In this document: in pieces, positions 47,401-56,800 of the stretch
How positions within the stretch are numbered: the stretch's first letter is position 1
Layout: each line of letters begins with the position of its first letter
Assembly: GCA_002269645.1 (NCBI GenBank)
Contig: NIVC01000261.1
Span: forward strand, 186,001 to 250,000
Origin: Macrostomum lignano
Lineage: Eukaryota
Length of the DNA: 64,000 nucleotides
Direction of reading: 5' to 3'
The notes under the pieces: generated by a model
Told to the model about the DNA's origin: nothing
Databases searched by the model: none
The model's input: only the letters and a program-made list of their open reading frames with translations
Position numbers and translations under genes: made by a program

Positions 47401-49975
47401 CGATAACCCGAGCTTCGAAGAAGGAGCGCTCCGACCTCCGAGCTCAGCGCCACTCAGCCACATAGTTCTAGCTGGACTCGAGTCTGTTTCGCCACGCTGG
47501 ACTTTGCAAGATGGTCGAGCGATCGCAGTCCGCATTGGACATTCCATGGCCGTGGACGGAGAATCTGTGCTGCTGCTGTTCGGTCGGGTATCGCAGACTT
47601 TGACAACCGAAGCTGGACGTCGATATCGGATGCAACTGTTTGCGTCTCATCTTCCCGTCTCTGACCGCTATCAGTTACGGTCGGCGGTCTCGTCTCGGGT
47701 CCGGGAATGCTGCAGACGTTCCGGTTGTTCACCGATCTAGGCGGAGTGAGCTCCGGTGTAGAGTGGCACAAGCAGATATTCTACTTTACTGCCGAAGCGG
47801 AATCAACCGTTTCCATTGAGAATCAACCGTTTCCATTGAGTCTCTGTCACCTCACACCGGTCTGGGTGAGTTTCCTCTCGTTAGTCATTTGTTTCATTTG
47901 TTTTGCTTATGCTTTAGTTTTGCCCCTTTACAAAGAGTTCAATATCAATCGTCAGCCATCGACATGGTCTCAGTATCCGTGCTCAACGTGGGAATTGCTG
48001 ACTACAACTCAACTGCTGCACCCGTTCATGTGGACTCGGTGAGCGTCAGAGACAGCGGCACTGTGCACGCCAGTTGGGACGTCTCTGATTCCGAGAGTGG
48101 CATCAGCGAAGTTCTATGGGCCATCGGAACAGTTCGTGGTGGGACACAGCTTCTGCCGTTTACTCAGCTCGGACCGGCCAACGAGGCAAAGGCGGATGTG
48201 AGGCTCACTCATGGAAGCAATGTCTACGTGTCGGTGCTGGCTATCAACGGTGCCGGAATTCCGCGACTCTTCCACTCGCAACCCGATCTGATCGACTTGA
48301 CTCCGCCGGCCTTTGACTTTGTGCATGACGGAAGCTCAAGCGCTGGCCACACCGATCTGCAGGAAAATGCGCGCGAGCTGTCCGTTCGATTCGGAGTCGA
48401 GGATCCGGAGTCGGGACTGAGCGAGTGCTTCTGGTGCTCGGGAACTTCTGCAGCAACCTGCGACGTAGCGGAGTATGTGAAGCTGGCACAGGGCCAGCTG
48501 TCAGCAACACGGCTCATCAACGAGCCCGAGAAGCTTCTCGGCCAGCGAGTGTTCAGCTTGGTGAGGTGCTCGAACGGAATCGGACTGGTGTCTACAGGGT
48601 GAGTCACAGTCGGCTCAGAGGTGCATCGCAGCAGGATGATATGCTCAAAACTCGAATACCATTTCAGCGTATCAGCAGGCGTGCTAATCTACAACGGAGC
48701 TCCCGATGCGGCACACGCGAAGCTGCGAATGCTCAGCACCTCTGTGACGCCATTCGGTCAAACGAATTCCGTGCTCGGTAACGCCACAGACCTGCAGCTG
48801 AGCTGGAGCGGCTTCACCGATCGAATTCCGATTCAGGACTACGATATTCGACTGAGAGAAGTGACTCGAAACGCCGTAGTGCCGGACTGGACTCGGGTGA
48901 AGGGCGCCTTCGTTCAGGCGGCAGCTTTGCACGGTCTGTCGCTAGCGAGCGGGCAGCGCTACCGAGCTGAGGTGCGAGCCGTGAACGCTCTGGGGAAGCT
49001 GAGCAGCATTGTTGAGCGCGAGTTCTCGGTGGATTCGCAGTTTCCAGCGCTGACTGGTAAGAGTGGACATTGTGACTTGTTTTCAATTTCGAATTCGACC
49101 CGAAATGCAACCGCAAACCCAAATTCAACCTCAAACACAAATGCAACCGCAAACCAAAATGCAACCGGGAACCTAAATGCAACCGGGAACCCAAATGCAA
49201 CCTTAAACCCAAGTGCAACCGCAAACCCAAATGCAACCGCAAACCCTAATGCAACCGCAAACCCTAATGCAACCTCAAACCCGAATGAAACCACAAACCC
49301 AAATGCAACCTTAAACCTAAGTGCAACCACAAACACAAATGCAACCGGGCAACCGAAATGCAACCGCAAACCCGAATGCAGCCACAAACCCAAATGCAAC
49401 CGCAAAGCCAAATACAACCTCTGTAGTGACTTGGCTTGTGTTGTGTGGGGTGCTGAGGGGGTTGCTGCGTACACTCTACCATTGTGCTCTTTTAACTCTC
49501 TCCTTCGCTTGTTTTTGTGCGTACGTGCACGTGACTAATATGTATATTTTACAGTCCCCAAATTATTGATCGGTTAAAATACTATTTCGACAAATATATA
49601 TATGAATGATTTTATCAGCCTATCGCTCAGCATCTTTCTGGCACACAAACTAAAAAAAGTGAAGTCTTTACAACCTCAAACCCAAATATGCAAAACCGCA
49701 CCACAGGCAGGCAGTGGCAAGTCAGCTTCGACCCCGCTAAGCGCCAGCTGCTGCTGGACTGGTCCGGGATGTTCCGCTCCGACAGCTCGCTGCTGTTCGA
49801 AGTGACGGTCGAGACCAAGCCGGCAGCTGGCGACCTTCAGCGCTGGCTGGAGACCCGCGAGCCGAGTCTGCTGCTGAAGGCCATCGACCCGGGCAAGCAG
49901 AGGCTGTTCGTCAGGCTTTCGGCCATTAGCGAGGCCGGCCTGGCTTCGTCCGTCTACCGGGAGGTGCTGGTTTAG
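35476..49975 (+). CDS. Giant secreted EMI/EGF + FN3/Ig-like repeat protein, paralog 1 (35 exons, about 10.2 kb CDS, about 3400 aa); frameshifted as assembled
   Basis: Phase-compatible exons traced by hand: 35476-35516, 35777-35989, 36086-36195, 36750-36854, 36950-37096, 37555-37677, 37773-37835, 37908-37979, 38059-38211, 38291-38664, 38735-39614, 39684-39816, 39886-40528, 40600-40746, 40817-41029, 41101-41251, 41326-41609, 41703-41888, 41974-42229, 42308-42528, 42602-42739, 42818-43090, 43172-43506, 43579-43804, 43872-44465, 44540-44726, ~44825-45028, 45113-45345, 45424-45753, 45837-45980, 46051-46976, 47068-47865, 47918-48598, 48668-49056, 49707-49975. Signal peptide MLTNRLILLAVLIGGCLG; DCCPGW (EMI-like); EGF-like Cys spacing; repeated D(S/T)(S/T)PP, WxGFxDPESG and Y.V.V.AxN motifs; the spliced C-terminus (..YREVLV*) has no TM segment. 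Confidence 0.85.
35625..35730. repeat. Short (TTAG)n microsatellite in intron 1 of paralog 1
   Basis: Direct inspection. Confidence 0.9.
49085..49420 (+). repeat. 18-bp repeat (AATGCAACCGCAAACCCA)n, in frame N-A-T-A-N-P, within the last intron of paralog 1
   Basis: About 18 units; open and in frame with exon 48668-49056 through the unspliced donor. Confidence 0.9.
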
Positions 49976-50391
49976 ATGACTCTGGACAGGCCAATTTGTC
50001 ATTTTTTCAAAATATTTGTTCCGGTATCTTATTGCCCAAAAATGTACCGTGAATGATTTCTTCTAATTTCTGTGGCACGCTCTATTCTTACATGCAAATT
50101 GTACCTAGGAGCGTGACCAGTCGCCACGTGTTTCAGGTGCACTAATTCTTATCGTACGTTTGTAATAATTTCAAGCTTATGACGTAATTGATTTTTGCCA
50201 ATTAGCTAATCTACAGAACACGTGCAATCAATTGAGACTCCAGGATACTTTCACGTATCAAACAACAGAACGCACGCGTCAATGCGCAGCAATTATCATT
50301 TCAGAATTGATTTTATAAGTATTAGAAGTAAATTAACAAACGTTATACCAATTAGTGAATATTCGCGGAGACATATTATTATATCGATGAT

Positions 50392-50930
50392 TACGACCGG
50401 CTGTGTCAAAAAGTTTTCGGAAAACTAATATAGCCCCATGCCTCAAGACTCCAATTAAACGCAATTTCATCCATCGCAACTTCTACATCTACGAGCTACT
50501 CCACACTTCATAGCAAGCCCCTTTTTCAATCTACCAGTTTGGTGGGTTGGAAAAAAATGAATTCATTATACAGTCCTAATTTGGTTTTTGTGAAAGCAAT
50601 GCCGTCTTTGGAGAAGATGCGCCTTCTTATTAGACGGTTTTGAAGTTTATACAGTACTTTGAAGACGGCAGGGACACTATCAAAGACGCTTCGCGTGGCG
50701 GTGCTCCTCGAACAATAACGGCGGACACAAACGTGCATCGCGTGCAGGCTCTGGATACCGATCGATGAGCGACGCTGCGACATCCTGAGCATTCAGCTGC
50801 AGAGCGTTCATCACATTGTCGGGGAGCAGTTGAGAATGACGCGAATCGTTGCTCGCTGGGTGCCAAAGCTTTGGACAGACGTGCAGATGCAGGAGTGCAT
50901 GTTCACCTGCCGCGATCTGTTTGCCCCCAG
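50392..50930 (+). mobile_element. Degraded Tc1/mariner (mariner) transposon, 5' part
   Basis: TA followed by CGACCGGCTGTGTCAAAAAGTTTTCGG resembles a mariner TIR. Broken reading frames give NAVFGEDAPSY*TVLKFIQYFEDGRDTIKDASRGGAPRT and VHHIVGEQLRMTRIVARWVPKLWTDVQ, matching the mariner HTH region and WVP(K/H)xL motif. No right TIR found. Confidence 0.8.
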
Positions 50931-50959
50931 ACTTGGGTTTGGAACTGGCCTTATTCGCG

Positions 50960-51390
50960 GGACCTGGCACCCAGCAACTATTGGTTGTTCTCAAAGATGA
51001 AGGAAGGAGTGGAGTATTTCTAAGCTATTCATGGTCATCCATTGAGACAGGTTCTTCAGAAATGTTTCTCGCAGTCTTTCACGACCTCTTCTTCCTTTAA
51101 TCTTCCCAGTGAGTGACGGCGGCTCGATCCCTCTCTTCCTTATATTATGGCCAAAGAACTCCACCAGCCGTTTCAGAATGTTTGCCATCAACTTCTTTCT
51201 ATACAGTCAGCTCTTAACAGAACATTTTCATTTGCTGTGTGACTGGTCGAGCTCAATCTCAGGATGCGCCTAATGAACCACAACTCCATTGACTCGGTTC
51301 TTGTCTTCATTGCTGGTGATATTGTTTAAAACTCTGACCCGCATGTGAGAACAGGGAGAACATAGTAGTCAAGAATTCCTAAATTTTTGT
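50960..51390 (-). mobile_element. RTE-clade non-LTR retrotransposon, 3' fragment
   Basis: Minus strand reads ILDYYVLPVLTCGSEF*TISPAMKTRTESMELWFIRRILRLS..NENVLLRAD..ANILKRLVEFFGHNIRK..LTGKIKGRRGRER, matching the typical RTE C-terminus (LLYGxETW, EAFEMWCYRRMLRISW, FFGHxxR, GKIEGKRGRGR). Confidence 0.78.
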
Positions 51391-52016
51391 TCATATTGAC
51401 TTTCCAATACGTAAAAAATTTTTTCATCTGTTGGAAGCACTAAATTCTGTAGCCAAAATTTCTTTAGCTTTTAAGAGTTCTGACGCTAATTACTGGAAGC
51501 AGCAAAGTTATGAACTAATTAGTCTGAAGTTTTAACCGCTGTGCATCAACCAAGCCCACGGTGTAAGGAAAGAGTGCGCTCGGATAAGCAAAGATTTTCC
51601 TAGAAAAGTATATATAATAAGGACTGCATTGCTGATAGTGCGGTAATTTTGTTTTTAGAAAACGATTAGCAAGGTACTGCAAGGTTTTTTAGCTTTTCAT
51701 TAGCAAGTGCTCGATCTTTAGTTCCCATGCACCAATACAAACTGCACTAATTTTGATAACCAGAGCATAAGATTGCCATTATCTTATGTTTGAATGGCAG
51801 GAGCTTTCGTTGCGTCCTGGGAGTTGATTTGCCTTTAGAGGCAGACGAATTCGAGCTCCGATAGCATTATCAGTTTTGCTGAGTAGTTTAATGCTCGGCG
51901 AAGGAGTTGAAGACGCTGTTGCTATAAATTGGCTTGAAATTATCTGGGCAATATGCCAGCTTCAGCGCCTGGCTTAGAAGAAATTTTTAAACAGCAAAAC
52001 TGATTGCTCCAGAAGA

Positions 52017-53085
52017 ATGTCGGACATGTGGATTGCTCGACTGTTTCTTCTCTGCTGCATCTTCAGGTGCGAATTTCTGCCGAAGTTACTATCATAGGTG
52101 GGAAAAACCAGCTCGTCCCGTGAGCCCCCAGGTGGTTTCAACAGCGCGCTTGATCTGAGCCGGACAGCCAGGGCTTTTTCGGCTTTAGCTTGCTGTGGAT
52201 TTGGATGTGGTCCAGGATGACTGAACTAAGACCTGCTTCTCCATAGAAACTCGAGCCTCTCACCATGCAACTAGTGCATAGCCCAGTCCCACACAATCTC
52301 GGAGAAGACGACACAAGAGGACCTAGGAGCGGCGCTTTTTCATCGCCCCAGACTGGGAAGCTTTCGCTGCCGTGAGCCGTTGGCCCCTAGCCCCCGTTGA
52401 GTTTCCGCCGTTCTTGGCCCGCTTTGTCGAATTAGGCCGGCAGCTGAGCTGCCTGTTGTTAGCTGGCGTGGCTAGGTGTCCAACTACAGACATCGCTCAG
52501 GAATTGCTTCACGGGTCTCACCGAAGCGTCCCTCGATGGTAGCACGTGGTGTTCCAGGGCCCCGGCTGAGGCGGGATGCACTGTGTTATCCCAAGCCGGC
52601 AAGTCACTTCGGCTGAAAGCCATTGGCTGCAGGCCAAAAAATGAGGCTTCCTGCAAAACACAGGCAGAAGGCCACAAGGCCGCGACCCCAAACCAATCGG
52701 CAGGTCGATCCCCAATAGAAGGCGCTTTTGAGGAAAGAAAAAATCGGTGGTGCCACTTTGTGTGTTGGAGGCCCCACTTTGTGTGTTGGAGGCCCCGCTT
52801 TGTGTTTAGGTGTCGATAGCGTCACCTTGGATTTCGAGAGCGCCGCTTGTAGCGTTAAGGCAGCTTTTTTGTTCCCAAGGCCAAAATCGTGACTAATAGC
52901 CATACATTTCTATTCTTATCAGTCAGTGCGGCTGCTTCAATGAGTCAGCGTTTCTCGACGACTTGAACTTTTTCGAATCATCACTAACGCCTCACGATGA
53001 GTTTGAGTACGCGGAGACTGACATTCTGGCGGAGCCAAGAAACGCCACGCGAATAGTCAAGAGGTCGACAAGAGCAAACCTTTGC
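52017..53085 (+). pseudogene. Paralog 2 of the giant secreted protein: exon 1 (52017-52066) and the 5' part of exon 2 (52923-53085), interrupted by the LTR element
   Basis: MSDMWIARLFLLCCIF-S|QCGCFNESAFLDDLNFFESSLTPHDEFEYAETDILAEPRNATRIVKRSTRANLC is homologous to paralog 1 exon 2 (..YAETDILEELYNTTRVTKRSTRSNLC). The frame resumes after the TSD at 59152. Confidence 0.85.
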
Positions 53086-53355
53086 TGTTTAGGAGTTGGC
53101 TTACATGTACGAGTGTACTTTTCATTCACCTACGCGTAACTTTCATAGCAGAGATTTTGATACGTACGTTTCAGCCCCAGCCCCCATTTATAATGTTCAG
53201 CAGCACCCACCCCATTTATTTAAAATTATTGCAATATATAGTTATCAGCCTCTCCAGAGAGAGTGCGCACGCTGGTTGTTTTGTTCGGTTGGCTAGTAGC
53301 CGAAAAATAGTCGCTTACTGCGAAGACTCAATTTATTGAATGAACCATCAAAACA
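53086..53355 (+). repeat. 5' LTR (270 bp)
   Basis: TGTTTAGGAG...CATCAAAACA, followed by the PBS. Confidence 0.97.
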
Positions 53356-53417
53356 TCTGGTAGCAGAGCGTGGTTCTACTTGTGGTTCTACTTGTGGTTC
53401 TACTTCATTGGTAAAAG

Positions 53418-53858
53418 ATGTCTGATGAAGAAGCAGAGATGCAAGAACAAGTGCCGGAGGGAGACAGCCGTCTCATTTTGCTGAAGGCCAGAAAAGCGGT
53501 CGACAAGTGCGCGTTCACGAAGCAGCGGAATCGTCTACTGAAGGTATTGGGCTCGGACGGAGCTACTTTAGCGGACGTGGAACCGCTGGCCGGCACTCTG
53601 GATGACCACTACGAGCGAGTTAGTGCGGTGCTACAAGCGATTCTGCCCGAGGTCGTCGGGAATCTACCAGTGCAAGTCCAGACAGTAAAGGAGTTGGAAA
53701 AGCTGGAGACTGAGTACGGTGAGATTGTAAATTTGCTGAGAGAATTGCGCAAGAGGGAACGAGAGGTGCGACTAGAGTCGAGGGAGATCGAGCAGAAAGA
53801 GATGCGACAGAAGCTAGGAAAGAAGATTCGCTCAGAACGTTGCATCGATGGCTTCTGA
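53418..53858 (+). CDS. gag: BEL/Pao Gag N-terminal coiled-coil ORF (truncated)
   Basis: Starts just after the PBS; K-x3-K-x2-FTKxRNRLL pattern; goes out of frame at about 53820. Confidence 0.7.
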   Translation: MSDEEAEMQEQVPEGDSRLILLKARKAVDKCAFTKQRNRLLKVLGSDGATLADVEPLAGTLDDHYERVSAVLQAILPEVVGNLPVQVQTVKELEKLETEYGEIVNLLRELRKREREVRLESREIEQKEMRQKLGKKIRSERCIDGF

Positions 53859-56800
53859 CGGAGGCAGAGTACATGACAGTAGCGTGTGAGGCGGTAAGAG
53901 GCGTGGCTTCTTCCGGTGAGACCGGACGGCACGACAGTGTAAAAGCCAAGAAAACTGTTTCCCGAGGGGCAGCCGCAGCACGCTCGTTTTTTGTGAAGAC
54001 GAATGATTCGAATAGCCAAAACAAAGAACAGGCGGAAGGGCGAAAAGGTTGTGGTCTCTGCGGAGAACAGCACGGAGTTTGGAGCTGCCCAAGGTTTCAA
54101 CGAATGGAACCTGGAGCCAGATGGGCGACGGTTCGTGACAAGCGCCTGTGCTTCTGCTGCTTGGGAGCAAACCATCTAGCCGGTGCGTGCAAGCGAGCGA
54201 GAGTGTGCGGTGTTGATGGCTGCAAAGCAAACCATAATCGGCTGCTGCATCAACGAGGGCCGGCGGCGACAACGGCGAATCCGCATGAAGGGGGGTCGCC
54301 CAAAACGATCGAAAGACCAAAGTCCTTCCAGGAGAAGAAGAGCACAGTTCAAGAGCCGCAAGAGGCATGCACTTTACTGGCCAGAACATCGCCGTCAATA
54401 GCGCTGAGGACTGTGCCCGTGATTTTATCCAACGGCGGTCGGGAAGTCCGAGTGAATGTCTTGCTGGACGACGCTAGCACCCGGTCGTACCTGAACTCTG
54501 ACGTTGCAGCGGAACTCGGCTTGGAAGGCAACCTCGAACCGATGACGGTAAAGGTTCTGAACGGCCAGGTGAGCACCTTTCAGACGGTTCCGGTTGAGGT
54601 CGACATCCGCAGTCTGGACGGCGCCTTTCGTGCCACAGTTACGGCCCACACAACTGAGAAAGTGACCGGTGGGATGGAAGCCGTAGATTGGAGCCAGCTT
54701 GCAAAGCGTTGGGCTCATCTGAGGGGCGTGCCGTTCGACAAAATTAAAGGGAAGCAGACTGTGGATATGCTCATTGGTGTGGACAATGCAGACTTGCACT
54801 TTGCCTGTCGCGAAGTAGGTGGGCAACCTGGAGAGCCGATTGCCAGACTGACGCCAATTGGGTGGACCTGCGTTGGACCAGTGAATCAAGTAGGAACTGC
54901 AGAAGAGCAGCAGCAGCAGACATTCTTTACGGTGACGGCGGAGAACGAGGCATCTGATCTTCTGCGGAAGATGTGGGAGATCGATGAAGTGCCAGATGGA
55001 GGACAGCAGGCCAGAATGTCCGCTGAAGATCAAAAGATCGTAGAAGCGACACGAGCATCCTTGAAGATGGAGAACGGCAGGTTTCAAGTGGCGATTCCTT
55101 GGAAAAAGAATCCGGAAGAACTACCTATGAACAACGAAGCTGCCCTACAGCGTCTCGTCAGCACAGAAAAGCGCTTGCTGAAGAACCCGGAGCTAGCGAA
55201 GGCGTACCAGGCTGTGATAGACAAGCATCTGGCAAAAGGCTATGTGCGGGAGGTCGGCATCAGCGAGCCAAGTCAGGCTGGCCAGTGGTTCTTGCCGCAT
55301 TTCGCGATAGTGCGGGCCGATAAGGAGACGACCAAAGTTCGAATTGTGTTTGATGCAGCGGCTCGGAGCAATGGGGTCTGCCTAAATGACACCATTCATA
55401 CGGGACCGAAGTTGCAGCAGGATTTGCTAAAGGTGCTCCTACGGTTCCGGAAGCATCCCGTGGCGCTAGCAGCCGACATCGAGGAGATGTATCTGAGAGT
55501 TCGAATTGCGCCGGAGGACAGAAGATTTTTCCGATTTCTGTGGCGAGACTTAGACTTGAAGCAAACGCCGAAGAGCTATGAGTTCTGCAGTGTGGTATTT
55601 GGCGTAAACTGCTCTCCGTTTCTGGCTCAGTTTGTGGCACAGGAGAATGCGCGACACTATCAGCAACAGCTGCCGCTGGCGGCCAACACCGTGCTGCATT
55701 CCACTTATATGGACGACAGTCTAGACTCCGTAGAAACCGTTGGCCAAGCGGTGAAACTCTTCCAACAACTCGTAGAATTATGGAGCAAGGCAGGGATGCG
55801 AGCTTGCAAATGGATGTCGAATTCGTTAGAAGTGCTGCAACACGTTCCAGTCGAGGACCGCGCAGAACGCGCCGAGTTGCTATTGAAAGGTGAGGCCCGA
55901 ACCGCTAAGGCGCTTGGAGTGAATTGGAATGCGAAAGAGGACGTCCTAGGAATTTCCATCAGCGAGTCGAATGCTAGCGGCAAGGTGATGACGAAGAGAC
56001 TGCTTTTGCGCGGTGTGGCCGAGGTGTTTGACCCCTGTGGCTTCCTAGCTCCGGTAGTTATCACAGGAAAGATAATGCTGCAGTTGGCATGGCAACAAGG
56101 TGTTGGGTGGGATGAAGCGTTGGATCCTGAGTTGGCTGATCAAGCGTTTCAGTGGACCAGTGAGCTCTCCAAAGCTACGAGACTAGCCGTGCCTCGGTGT
56201 CTGCGTCCAGACAACGGATCCATCGAACTTCACTCGTTTGTAGACGCATCGCAAGAGGCCTACGGAGCCGTCGTATATCTGCGGAGCGAAACGATGAGTA
56301 AGACGACGGTCCGTTTCGTTGCTGCAAAGGCTAAGGTAGCACCATTGATGGCGGTGAGCATCCCTCGACTGGAGTTGATGGCGGCAGTCCTAGGACTTCG
56401 GCTCGCAAGGGCAGTGGCCGAGGCGTTGGAGATCGCGATTGAGTCTGTGGTGTTTTGGAGTGACAGTCACAATGTGCTTTGGTGGATTCGCAGGCAGAGT
56501 AGAGCGTTCAAGCCTTTCGTTGCGAACCGAGTCGCCTTCATCCAGCAGCAGGTGCAGCCAAATCAATGGCGGTACGTTCCAACAGGTCTGAATCCAGCGG
56601 ATGTGGCATCCCGTGGCTGCAGTGTGCAAGAGCTGATGGACAACGAGCTGTGGTGGAACGGCCCTGGATTCTTGGCGAGGTGCTCAAACGATTGGCCAGA
56701 AATGCCGATTCCAGTTGCGCCAGAAACTACTGAGGCGAATACCCGTCGAAGAGAGCTAGCAAGCATCCAGAAGCGTTGTGCAGAGCCCGTATGTCTGGTC

